Below are positions 8,658 through 16,974 of a stretch of 64,000 bases of DNA, in pieces. Numbering within the stretch: the stretch's first letter is position 1; each line of letters opens with the position of its first letter. The position numbers and the translations under genes were made by a program. The DNA is from Stellaceae bacterium (GTDB lineage: Bacteria; Pseudomonadota; Alphaproteobacteria; ATCC43930; CGMCC-115725). The stretch is taken from NCBI GenBank assembly GCA_035570935.1, contig DATMKU010000032.1, positions 7,192 to 71,191 on the forward strand, read 5' to 3'. The notes below the pieces were generated by a model that saw nothing but the letters and a program-made list of their open reading frames with translations, did not search any database and was not told the origin of the DNA.

Positions 8658-9386
8658 TTACGTCAAACCATTCCCATCGTCGCGCCCGCGAAAGCGGGGG
8701 TCCAGCGACAATGGCACGTCGCTTGCCCGCTGTTCAGGCCGGGGGCAGGCTCTGAGTTCCCGCTTTTGCGGGAATGACGAATGATTGTAATCGGATAATG
8801 GTGGTATTGAACCAGCGACACCCTCCGCCGTTGGCACCTCCTCGCCGAGGACCGGCGGGGTCAGGTCGAGGAGCCCGGCGGCGCGCAATTCGTCGATCGC
8901 CGGCAGGTCGCTCAGGGCGTCGAGGCCGAAATGCGCCAAAAAGCCTTTGGTCGTCACCCACAGCAATGGCCGGCCTGGGGTCATGCGGCGGCCCTTGGGG
9001 CGCACCCAGCCGGCTTCCAGCAACGTGTCGAGCGTGCCCTTGCCGAGCGCAACGCCACGAATCACTTCGATCTCGGCGCGGGTGACCGGCTGGTGGTAGG
9101 CGATGACCGCCAGAGTCTCGACCGCGGCGCGCGACAATTTGCGGGCGACCGGGCGCTCGATCCTCAGCTGCAGGGCGAGATCAGGGGCGGTGCGAAACGC
9201 CCAGCCGCCCGCCAGCCGGACGAGGTTGACGCCGCGCCCGTGGTAACTCTCGGCGAGGTCGCGCAAAAGCCCGGCGATGTCGGCTGCCTCGCCCAGGCGC
9301 TGCGCCAGTGCCGCCTCCGACAACGGCTCGCCAGCGGCAAACAGCAACGCCTCGACGAGCCGCGATTGCTGCGTTAGCTCGCTCAT
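8658..9386 (-). CDS. scpB: SMC-Scp complex subunit ScpB
   Basis: Reads LVEALLFAAGEPLS...LAGGWAFRT...ETLAVIAYHQPVTRAEIEVIRGV...LLEAGWV. The ATGA overlap with scpA is at 9383-9386. The last ~45 codons read through REP-like repeats, so the true C-terminus is uncertain. Confidence 0.85.
   Translation of the reverse strand: MSELTQQSRLVEALLFAAGEPLSEAALAQRLGEAADIAGLLRDLAESYHGRGVNLVRLAGGWAFRTAPDLALQLRIERPVARKLSRAAVETLAVIAYHQPVTRAEIEVIRGVALGKGTLDTLLEAGWVRPKGRRMTPGRPLLWVTTKGFLAHFGLDALSDLPAIDELRAAGLLDLTPPVLGEEVPTAEGVAGSIPPLSDYNHSSFPQKRELRACPRPEQRASDVPLSLDPRFRGRDDGNGLT
8679..8779. repeat. Inverted pair of REP-like units (core CCCGC-TTTY-GCGGGAATGACG)
   Basis: The unit at 8756-8779 reads gttcccgcttttgcgggaatgacg. 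The inverted unit at 8679-8703 reads cgtcgcgcccgcgaaagcgggggtc. Related copies are at 37211-37240, and a degenerate one is at about 54975-54998. Confidence 0.7.
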
Positions 9387-10240
9387 CCGGCAGCCCCCTC
9401 GCCTGCCCGGCGCAGCACCGCGCGGCTGCGCAGCCAGATCGGGCCAAAGGCGCGGTCCTGGCGCAATTCGATGCGGCCGTCGCGGGCAAGTTCGAGGGCT
9501 GCGGCAAAGGTCGAGGCGAGCGCCGAGCGCCGCTTCCGGTCGCCCCGCGACTCCTCCGGCAAAAAGCGCACCAATGCCCGCCACTCCGGTACGCGGCCGA
9601 GAAAGCGAGCGAACCGCTGCAAGGCGTCGTCCATCGAATAAAAGGCGGAGGGCTCGATCGCCAGCACCGCATTCGTGCTGCGCCGGCGGCCGTCGCCATA
9701 GGCGCGCAACAGTTCGTAGAGATCGAGCCGCCAGAGTGGCACCGGGATGGTCGCCAGCCCCTCGGGAGCGCCGCGCAGAAAAAAATCCTGGCCGAGCCGC
9801 GACCCCGCCATCAACCTGCGACCGGCGGTTTGCATCGCCGCCAGCAATTTGAGGCGATGGCCGAGTGCCCCGGCGATTTCCGCGACATCGGGCTCGTCGT
9901 CATCGCGCGGCTGCGGCAACAGCAGGCGCGACTTCAGGTAAGCGAGCCACGCCGCCATCACCAGGTAGTCGGCGGCGATCTCGAGCTTCAGGTGCCGCTG
10001 CGCCGCAATAAAGCCGAGATACTGGTCGGCGAGCGCCAGGATTGAGATTTTTGCGAGATCGACCTTTTGCTCGCGCGCCAGGGACAGCAGCAGGTCTATC
10101 GGCCCCTCGTAGCCGTCGAGATCGAGAACCAATTGGTTGGGTGGCGTCGGCCCCTCACCCCGACCCTCTCTCCGCGAGCGGGGAGAGGGAGGGTGACGGG
10201 CAACGGCGGGCGAAAAAGTGTCCCCCGGATCCCGGCTCAT
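9383..10240 (-). CDS. scpA: Segregation and condensation protein A (ScpA)
   Basis: Reads LDLDGYEGPIDLLLSLAREQKVDLAKISILALADQYL...LDLYELL. The ATG at 10240 overlaps the stop of the upstream gene as ATGA. An alternative TTG start at 10132 would exclude a REP hairpin from the coding region. Confidence 0.85.
   Translation of the reverse strand: MSRDPGDTFSPAVARHPPSPRSRREGRGEGPTPPNQLVLDLDGYEGPIDLLLSLAREQKVDLAKISILALADQYLGFIAAQRHLKLEIAADYLVMAAWLAYLKSRLLLPQPRDDDEPDVAEIAGALGHRLKLLAAMQTAGRRLMAGSRLGQDFFLRGAPEGLATIPVPLWRLDLYELLRAYGDGRRRSTNAVLAIEPSAFYSMDDALQRFARFLGRVPEWRALVRFLPEESRGDRKRRSALASTFAAALELARDGRIELRQDRAFGPIWLRSRAVLRRAGEGAAG
10164..10189. repeat. GC-rich REP-type hairpin (ccctctctccg-cgag-cggggagaggg)
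   Basis: An 11-bp stem with one G-U pair. It translates as ..PSPRSRREGRGEG.. in the scpA frame and as ..LSPRAGRGR.. on the other strand, which is typical of an intergenic palindromic element. Confidence 0.6.
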
Positions 10241-10938
10241 CCCCCTTGCCCGGTGACCGCCAGCACGAAATGGATCAGCGCCTGCATCGGCACGCCGATC
10301 ACGTAGGTCAGAATATTCAGGTTGACGCCGATTTGGCCGCCGACCCACGGCAGCACGAACAGCAACACCAGCAGGATCGGAATGCCGTAAGGCTCGAGCC
10401 GGGCAAGCGGATAAGCGAGGGCGTGCGGCAACAGACCGACCGCGACCCGGCCGCCATCCAAGGGCGGCAACGGCAGCATGTTGAAGACGCACAATGCTGC
10501 GTTGATCTGCAGCGAATGCACGAGGTTTGCGGCAATCCAGTCGGCCGGGCTCGGCGGGAAAAAGACGACGCCGTAGAACAGCAGCGACGAGGCGATCGCC
10601 AATAGCACGTTGGTGCCCGGCCCCGCCAACGCCACCCACACCATGTCGCGGCGCGGATCGCGCAAGCGATTGAAATTGACCGGCACCGGCTTGGCATAGC
10701 CGAACAGGATGCGCCCGCCCGAACCCAGTAACAGCAATGCCGGCAGAATGACCGTGCCGAACGGGTCGATGTGGTTGAATGGGTTGAAGGTGACACGGCG
10801 CGCCCGCAACGCCGTGTCGTCGCCGAAGCGCAGCGCCACAAACCCGTGCGCCGCCTCGTGAAAGGTCACGGCGAGGACGACCGGCAACACCCAGGTGCTG
10901 GCCTGGTAGATCGTCGCGGCCATCGCGGCGCCGTTCAC
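10237..10938 (-). CDS. Site-2 protease family (M50) integral membrane metalloprotease
   Basis: Carries the HEAAHG (HExxH) motif in the first TM region and NMLPLPPLDGG later. The protein is multi-pass hydrophobic. Confidence 0.85.
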   Translation of the reverse strand: MNGAAMAATIYQASTWVLPVVLAVTFHEAAHGFVALRFGDDTALRARRVTFNPFNHIDPFGTVILPALLLLGSGGRILFGYAKPVPVNFNRLRDPRRDMVWVALAGPGTNVLLAIASSLLFYGVVFFPPSPADWIAANLVHSLQINAALCVFNMLPLPPLDGGRVAVGLLPHALAYPLARLEPYGIPILLVLLFVLPWVGGQIGVNLNILTYVIGVPMQALIHFVLAVTGQGG

Positions 10939-11969
10939 CGCGTCACCTCCCCGAGCAATGCGTCAAAGCGGCGCTCCGCTTCTTGGCGATCGAATTCGCC
11001 GGGCCGGCGGCGCATCGCCTCGCCGCGCGCCAGCCGCGCCGCCGCCTCCGAGGTCAACGGTGTTGCCGCGGCGACGACTTCCTCCATCTCGCCGCGGTCG
11101 CCATTGCAATGCAGCACGAGATCGCAACCCGCGTTCAGCGCTCGCCGCACGCGCTCGCTGAACGCGCCGCCGAGGGCTCGCATCGACAGGTCGTCCGAGA
11201 TCAGCACCCCGCCAAAGCCGATTTCGCCGCGAATGACCTCGCCGACCATCGTCCGGGAAAAGGTCGCGGGCACCGCCGGGTCGAGCGTGCGATAGACGAT
11301 GTGCGCGGTCATCGCCCAGGGCATCGCCGCCAATCCCCGGAACGGCGCGAAATCGGTGCGCGACAGTTCGTGATGAGCGGTCACCACCACCGGGCAGGCG
11401 TAATGGCTGTCGACGCGGGCGCGGCCGTGACCCGGGATGTGCTTCAGTATCGGCAGCACGCCGCCCTCGATCAGCCCGTCGCAAACCGCTCGGGCGAGGT
11501 GCTCGACCCGGTCGGGATCGCCGCCATAGGCGCGGTCGCCGATCACCAGGTCGGCGCCGGCAACCGGCAGATCGAGCACCGGCATGCAGTCGGCAGTGAT
11601 GCCGAGCCGCGCGAGGTCGTCGGCGATCAGCCGAGCGCCGAGCCGCGCCGCCTCCCCGGCTTGCAGATCGGGCAATGCCGCAATCTGCGCCGCGGATGGA
11701 TAGGTGCGCCAATGGGGCGGCCGCAGTCGCGCCACCCGGCCGCCTTCCTGGTCGATCAGCACGGGGGCATCGGCGCGTCCGACGCTGTCGCGCAGTGCGT
11801 CAACCAGCCGGCGCACCTGGTCGGGCGAGCCGCAATTGCGGCGAAACAGGATGAACCCCGCCGGATCGGCCGCGGCGAAAAAGCGCCGCTCGTCGGCGCG
11901 CAACTCTTCGCTGGCGCAACCGAGAACGACCGCACGCGGCCGGCTTCGCGGTGAGACGTCTACCGACAC
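10935..11969 (-). CDS. nagZ: Beta-N-acetylhexosaminidase NagZ
   Basis: Reads FILFRRN...LIDQEGGRVARL...KHIPGHGRA..DSH. GTG start at 11969. There is a 4-nt overlap with the downstream M50 gene. Confidence 0.9.
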   Translation of the reverse strand: MSVDVSPRSRPRAVVLGCASEELRADERRFFAAADPAGFILFRRNCGSPDQVRRLVDALRDSVGRADAPVLIDQEGGRVARLRPPHWRTYPSAAQIAALPDLQAGEAARLGARLIADDLARLGITADCMPVLDLPVAGADLVIGDRAYGGDPDRVEHLARAVCDGLIEGGVLPILKHIPGHGRARVDSHYACPVVVTAHHELSRTDFAPFRGLAAMPWAMTAHIVYRTLDPAVPATFSRTMVGEVIRGEIGFGGVLISDDLSMRALGGAFSERVRRALNAGCDLVLHCNGDRGEMEEVVAAATPLTSEAAARLARGEAMRRRPGEFDRQEAERRFDALLGEVTR

Positions 11970-12096
11970 GGTAATTCCTTGTGCAGTGGTGCGATTCTCC
12001 GCTGTAGCACCGCCCGCATTCGCTGCGGCACTCGAACAATTGCCCGGCGGGCTTGTTGAAGATGGATTGCTGGGGCTTTCCCGACAATGACAGCAA

Positions 12097-12813
12097 TCAG
12101 AGCGCGGGCGGTCGCGCCCGAGGCGATTCCGGCGTCGTCAGCGGATGATGATGCAGGCGAGACGGCGCTGCCGCAGTTCGCCGCAGATCCGGCAGCGGCA
12201 CACCCAATTCCTCGGCCGCCGCGATTGCCGCCGGCGACAACGCCGGCTGTCGCGAGACAACCGGTTTGATCGGCGACGCCGCGACCGGAAGCGATGTTTT
12301 CGGCTCAGCAGGCGTCTGCAGCAAAGCGGCCGGTGGCGCCGGGTTGGCAACCGGCGCGGTTGGTGAAGAGGCTGTGGTTGGGGGCGGCACGGCTGTCGCA
12401 GCCTGCACCGGCGGCGCAGATGGCGCCGGCAGCGGAGGTGGCGGAGGCGGGGGCGCCGGCCGGGCCATCGGCTGTTCGGGAGGCGGCAGCAGATGTTCGA
12501 CCTGCGGGCGCTGCTGGCCATAGATCAGCATGTCGCGGTCCGGTATCCGCATGCCGCCGGGATTTTCGGGCTTGACCCGCATCGGCCTGGTATCGGCGCG
12601 GATCAGCGGGATGTCGCCAGCACCGCCCACGTGATGCTTTCCCTCGTTATAGGCAAACCACAAACCGCCGGCGAACGCGCCCATCACCGCGAGCGCCACA
12701 ACAACGCGCAACAGCTGGCGCGGGCGCGGCGCATAGTCCTCGTCGCGCGGGTCGGCGTAGAGGTCGGTCCGTTCCTCGGGGTCGATTTGCCCGAGATCGT
12801 AGGCCATGGTCAC
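12097..12813 (-). CDS. Proline-rich membrane-anchored protein at the position of the SPOR-domain protein in the argS-nagZ block; the SPOR domain is not recognisable
   Basis: One TM segment ([19 protein letters not shown]), then a conserved segment [31 protein letters not shown], then a Pro/Ala-rich linker. The C-terminal ~40 aa have no SPOR features. An alternative frame ends ..[16 protein letters not shown] at 12138. Confidence 0.6.
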   Translation of the reverse strand: MTMAYDLGQIDPEERTDLYADPRDEDYAPRPRQLLRVVVALAVMGAFAGGLWFAYNEGKHHVGGAGDIPLIRADTRPMRVKPENPGGMRIPDRDMLIYGQQRPQVEHLLPPPEQPMARPAPPPPPPPLPAPSAPPVQAATAVPPPTTASSPTAPVANPAPPAALLQTPAEPKTSLPVAASPIKPVVSRQPALSPAAIAAAEELGVPLPDLRRTAAAPSRLHHHPLTTPESPRARPPAL

Positions 12814-14588
12814 ATCTCCTCGACCGGCTCCACGCCGATCACGGCAAGGCCGGAGGCGATGACGAGTGCGACGCCGCGGACGAGGGCGAGCCGTGCGCGG
12901 GTCAGCGCCGGGTCGGAAGCGAGAATAAACCGCAATGTTGCCTCGTCACGACCCTTGTTCCACAACATGTGGAACTGGGCCGCGACTTCCTGCAAATAGA
13001 AGGCGATACGGTGCGGCTCATGGGCCTCCGCGGCGCCCTCGACCAGCCGCGGCCACTGCGCTAGCTGGCGAATCAGCGCCAGTTCCGCCAGATCGGTGAG
13101 CCGGTCGAGTGCCCCGCCGGCCAACGCTATGTCGGACAGATCGTCTTGCGGGAACGCCTCGGCCGCGTGGCGCATGACCGAGGCCGCCCGCGCATGAGCA
13201 TACTGCACATAGAAGACCGGGTTGTCCTTGGACTGCTCGGTGACCTTGGCGAAGTCGAAATCGAGCGCCTGATCATTGCGCCGGGTCAGCATCATGAACC
13301 GGAAAACATCCTTGCCGACCTCGTCGACGACCTCGCGCAACATGACAAAGGTACCGGCGCGCTTCGACATGCGGACCGCGGCACCTCGGTCGAACAGGTT
13401 GACCAGCTGGCAGATCTTGACGTCGAGTGCGGCGGCGCCGTCGGTCACCGCCCGCACCGCGGCCTGCATGCGTTTGACGTAGCCGCCGTGATCGGCGCCC
13501 CAGACATCGATCAGATCGGCAAAGCCGCGGCGGAATTTGTCGCGGTGATAGGCGATGTCAGCGGCGAAATAGGTCCACGCGCCATCCGATTTTTTGAGCG
13601 GCCGGTCGACGTCGTCGCCGAATTGGGTGGCGCGGAACAGGGTCTGCGGCCGCGGCTCCCAATCGTCGGGCGTTTTGCCCTTGGGCGGCTCCAACACGCC
13701 GGTGTAGATCAGCCCGCGCTCTTCGAGCGCGGCGAGGCACTCGTCGATCGCGCCGGCATCGACCAGGCTGCGCTCCGAGGCGAAGGTATTGTGGCGGACG
13801 CCGAGCAAGGCGAGATCGTCGGAGATCAGCGCCATCATCGCTTCGACGGCGAAGTCGCGCACCGGCACGAGCCATTCGCGTTCCGGCCGCCCGAGCCATT
13901 TCCGCCCGTCGCGTTGGGCCAGGGCGTGGCCGGTCTCGACCAGGTAGTCGCCGGGATAGAGGCCGTCGGGGATGGCGCCGATTTCGTCGCCCAGCGCCTC
14001 GCGGTAGCGCAGATAGAGCGAATGCGCGAGGATGTCGACCTGCGCGCCGGCGTCGTTGATGTAGTATTCGCGATGCACGGCGAAGCCGGCCTTGGCGAGC
14101 ATGGAGGCGAGCGCGTCGCCGACGACGGCGCCGCGGCCGTGGCCGACATGCATCGGCCCGGTCGGGTTGGCCGAGACGTATTCGACATTGACCCGCTCGC
14201 CGGCCCCCATCGTGGAATCGCCAAAGTTCGTGCCGGCACGCAGCACCACGCGCAATTGCGCGTGCCACACCTCGGGTGCCAGCCGAATGTTCAGAAAACC
14301 GGGCCGAGCCGCCGCGACGGTCAGGCCATGCCCGCGGTAGTCGCCGGTCGCGAGCTCGCTCGCGGCGATCGCCGGCACGATGCGCTCGGCCAACGCCATC
14401 GGGTTTTCTTTGACCGCACCCGCCAGCACCATCGCCGCGTTGGTGGCGAGATCGCCATATGCCGGGTCGCGCGGCGGTTCGACGGCGACTCGCGCCAGAT
14501 CGAGCCCCGGCGGCAGCGCGCCCTGCCCGACGAGATCGCGGATCGCGGCCACCACCAGCCCGCGCACATCATGGAAAATGTTGGTCAT
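12810..14588 (-). CDS. argS: Arginine--tRNA ligase
   Basis: 592 aa. Reads ..[20 protein letters not shown].. (HIGH-type motif) and ..[10 protein letters not shown].. (KMSK-type). The anticodon-binding C-terminus is present. Confidence 0.95.
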   Translation of the reverse strand: MTNIFHDVRGLVVAAIRDLVGQGALPPGLDLARVAVEPPRDPAYGDLATNAAMVLAGAVKENPMALAERIVPAIAASELATGDYRGHGLTVAAARPGFLNIRLAPEVWHAQLRVVLRAGTNFGDSTMGAGERVNVEYVSANPTGPMHVGHGRGAVVGDALASMLAKAGFAVHREYYINDAGAQVDILAHSLYLRYREALGDEIGAIPDGLYPGDYLVETGHALAQRDGRKWLGRPEREWLVPVRDFAVEAMMALISDDLALLGVRHNTFASERSLVDAGAIDECLAALEERGLIYTGVLEPPKGKTPDDWEPRPQTLFRATQFGDDVDRPLKKSDGAWTYFAADIAYHRDKFRRGFADLIDVWGADHGGYVKRMQAAVRAVTDGAAALDVKICQLVNLFDRGAAVRMSKRAGTFVMLREVVDEVGKDVFRFMMLTRRNDQALDFDFAKVTEQSKDNPVFYVQYAHARAASVMRHAAEAFPQDDLSDIALAGGALDRLTDLAELALIRQLAQWPRLVEGAAEAHEPHRIAFYLQEVAAQFHMLWNKGRDEATLRFILASDPALTRARLALVRGVALVIASGLAVIGVEPVEEM

Positions 14589-14621
14589 GTTCTTGTCTAA
14601 CTCATTGACCTACTACGCTTT

Positions 14622-14717
14622 GGCCGGGCTTGACCCGGCCATCCACGCCTTCATCCTGTCCGCGGCACCGGCTTCCAAGTCTTGGATGCCCGGACCGAGT
14701 CCGGGCAAGGGCGAATT
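14622..14717. repeat. REP-like intergenic element with two hairpins (ggccgggcttgacccggcc and cccggaccgagtccggg)
   Basis: The 20-mer gcttgacccggccatccacg (14628-14647) recurs exactly at 54866-54885. The 13-mer ccacgccttcatc recurs inverted at 54901-54913. Confidence 0.75.
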
Positions 14718-14808
14718 GCAAATACTCAAAATCGATGCACGCTATTTCCTAGCGTTGCCAAACTAGAAATTCGGGTGATTTCAATCTGCCCACCCCTTGC
14801 TCGCCACA

Positions 14809-14857
14809 CCGGCGCAGGCCGGTACCCGTGGCCGGAATGGGTTCCGGCCTGCGCCGG
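14809..14857. repeat. Long hairpin / REP-like element (14-bp perfect arms ccggcgcaggccgg / ccggcctgcgccgg, 21-nt loop)
   Basis: The arms are at 14809-14822 and 14844-14857. The element lies between the argS start and the dgt stop. Confidence 0.6.
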
Positions 14858-14957
14858 GATGGCCGAGAAATAAACATACGTGGTCCAGTGTATTTCGTAG
14901 TCAAGACACTAGGGTCATATGCGAGTAGTTGGCAATCACACGGGTAATCCGCCAGCG

Positions 14958-16136
14958 TTAGGTGGGTACGTAGGTGTCGAACAGGCGGTGGTGCTCGTCG
15001 AGGGCGTAGCGATCGGTCATGCCGGCGAGGTAGTCGGCGGCGACGCGCGCGGTCTGAGGGTCGTCGGGGCCGGCGGCGAGCCCGCGCCACTCGCCGGGCA
15101 GGCATTCGGGCTCGGCGAGGTAAAGCCCGAACAGATCGTGGACCACGCGGCGCGCCTTCGAACTCATCCGGTTGACGCGGTAATGCCGGTACATGCGCTC
15201 GAACAAAAAATCTTTCAGTGCCCTGTCGTTGCGGCGCATCTCGGCGGAGAAGCGGACGACGGGGGCATTTAACGCCCGCACCGCCGCGGCCGACTGGGCG
15301 CCGCTGTCGGCCAGCTGCAACCGCGTCTCGGCGATCAGATCGCCGACCATGTGGTCGATGACCCGGCGGATCGATTCATGGATAAGCCGCGATTCCTCGA
15401 TCACGGGATAACGTTCGGCGACCGACCGGAACACCGGCCCGACCAGCGGCACCTCGGCGAGGTCGGCGACCGCGAACAACCCCGCGCGCAACCCATCGTC
15501 GATGTCGTGGTTGTTGTAGGCGATGTCGTCGGCGAGTGCTGCGACCTGCGCCTCGGCGCCGGCAAAAGTATCGAGAGCGAGCGGGTGGCGGCGGTCGTAT
15601 TCGGCGATCGAGCACGGCACCGGCCGGTCGATCCCCGGGCCGCGCAACGGGCCGTTGTGCTTGACGGTGCCTTCGAGCGCCTCCCAGGTCAGGTTCAGGC
15701 CATCGAATTCTGCATAGCGCCGCTCGAGCCGGGTCAGGATGCGCAGGGTTTGGTCATTGTGCGAAAAGCCGCCGAACCCGGCCATCTCGGCGTTCAGCGC
15801 CTCCTCGCCGGCGTGACCGAACGGGGTGTGGCCGAGGTCGTGGGCGAGGGCAACGGTTTCCGCGAGATCCTCGTCGAGACCGAGGGCGCGGGCCACCGTG
15901 CGCGCGATCTGCGCCACTTCGAGGCTGTGGGTCAGCCGCGTACGGTAGTGGTCGCCCTCGTGATAGACAAAGACCTGCGTCTTGTGGGTCAGCCGGCGAA
16001 ACGCGGTCGAATGGATGATACGGTCGCGGTCGCGCTGAAACGGCGAGCGCATCGCATGCTCGGGTTCAGGGTGAAGCCGCCCGCGGCTCTCCTGCGGCTT
16101 TGACGCATAGGGTGCCAAACCGGCCGGCCATATCAT
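14958..16136 (-). CDS. dgt: Deoxyguanosinetriphosphate triphosphohydrolase-like protein (HD domain)
   Basis: Reads RDRDRIIHSTAFRRLTHKTQVF...HYRTRLTHSLEVAQIAR...LAHDLGHTPFGHAGE. Confidence 0.92.
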   Translation of the reverse strand: MIWPAGLAPYASKPQESRGRLHPEPEHAMRSPFQRDRDRIIHSTAFRRLTHKTQVFVYHEGDHYRTRLTHSLEVAQIARTVARALGLDEDLAETVALAHDLGHTPFGHAGEEALNAEMAGFGGFSHNDQTLRILTRLERRYAEFDGLNLTWEALEGTVKHNGPLRGPGIDRPVPCSIAEYDRRHPLALDTFAGAEAQVAALADDIAYNNHDIDDGLRAGLFAVADLAEVPLVGPVFRSVAERYPVIEESRLIHESIRRVIDHMVGDLIAETRLQLADSGAQSAAAVRALNAPVVRFSAEMRRNDRALKDFLFERMYRHYRVNRMSSKARRVVHDLFGLYLAEPECLPGEWRGLAAGPDDPQTARVAADYLAGMTDRYALDEHHRLFDTYVPT

Positions 16137-16203
16137 GAGGAGAACCTATGCCGAAACGGGGACACTGTCACTTGACAGCCGGAGCCTCGCGGCGAAATCT
16201 AGC

Positions 16204-16220
16204 TTAGCTAATCTAGCTAA
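16204..16220. promoter_or_regulatory. Candidate antitoxin operator: perfect inverted repeat TTAGCTA-ATC-TAGCTAA
   Basis: The repeat lies 11 bp upstream of the GTG at 16231. It is embedded in a direct duplication, aatctagct(t)a x2. A TTGACA hexamer is at 16172-16177. Confidence 0.45.
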
Positions 16221-16230
16221 GTGGGTTGTC

Positions 16231-16476
16231 GTGGCCGAAATCGTCAACATGCATCAGGCGAAGAGCTCGCTGTCGCGGCTCGTCGAGCGCGCGCTTGCCG
16301 GCGAGGAAGTGGTGATCGCCCGCAACGGCGAGCCCTTGGTCCAACTGGTCCCGGTGACGAAAAAGCGCGAGCCGCGCGTGCCGGGACGATACAAGGGAGA
16401 GATCTGGATCGCCCCGGACTGTTTCGCTCCGATGAGCGAAGAAGAGTTGGCGCTATGGGAGAAATGGGATTGCTAG
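16231..16476 (+). CDS. Type II antitoxin, Phd/YefM (prevent-host-death) family
   Basis: Reads VNMHQAKSSLSRLVERALAGEEVVIARNGEPLVQLVP. The start may be the GTG at 16231 or the ATG at 16249. The stop abuts the toxin start. Confidence 0.8.
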   Translation: MAEIVNMHQAKSSLSRLVERALAGEEVVIARNGEPLVQLVPVTKKREPRVPGRYKGEIWIAPDCFAPMSEEELALWEKWDC

Positions 16477-16851
16477 GTGCGGCTCCTGATCGACAGCCAT
16501 GCCTTTCTGTGGTGGAGCGAAGACTCGCCGGCATTGGGAAGCGCCGCCCGGAGCGCGATCGCTGATCCCGTGAACGAGGCGCTGATCAGCGTCGCCGCCC
16601 TGTGGGAGCTTACGATTAAGGCATCCTCGGGAAAGCTGACGTTGCCAGCGGACCTTGAAACGATGGCGGCGACCCTGGGATTTTCGGTCCTCTCGATCAA
16701 CTTCATGCACCTGCGCCGCCTTGGCCTCCTGCCGCGGGTTCACAGAGACCCTTTCGATCGGATGATGATCGCCCAAGCGCTCGCCGAAGGAATCCCGATC
16801 ATCACCGGCGATCGGGCCTTCGCCGCCTACGGCGTGCAGACCGTCTGGTAG
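16477..16851 (+). CDS. vapC: Type II toxin, PIN domain ribonuclease VapC
   Basis: Reads (GTG)RLLIDSHAFLWW...SVAALWELTIK...HRDPFDRMMIAQA...PIITGD. Confidence 0.88.
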   Translation: MRLLIDSHAFLWWSEDSPALGSAARSAIADPVNEALISVAALWELTIKASSGKLTLPADLETMAATLGFSVLSINFMHLRRLGLLPRVHRDPFDRMMIAQALAEGIPIITGDRAFAAYGVQTVW

Positions 16852-16974
16852 CCGCGGCAGCTTCCGCGGGGAGCGTAGGAGCCCGCAGCCAACGGCATCG
16901 AGAAGGGGGCCGCGGACCTCTCCCAGCGGAGTGCCGCGGTCGATCCAAGATATCGGGAACTCACGCGGCGAGCA

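Noticed and set aside
8640-8800. The repeat clusters here and at 14600-14900 and 63300-63430, considered as possible CRISPR arrays.
   Set aside because: The repeats are palindromic units in mixed orientation with irregular spacing and only 2-3 copies per site. There is no repeat-spacer periodicity, and no cas genes are in the window.
12266-12523. A Gly-rich 85-aa plus-strand ORF (..[11 protein letters not shown]..).
   Set aside because: It is the antisense image of the proline-rich linker (CCN codons give GGN on the other strand) of the minus-strand membrane protein.
13146-14600. A 484-aa plus-strand ORF.
   Set aside because: It is exactly antisense to argS, whose identity is unambiguous. 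The composition is dominated by Gly/Arg/Asp/Ala and there are no recognisable motifs.
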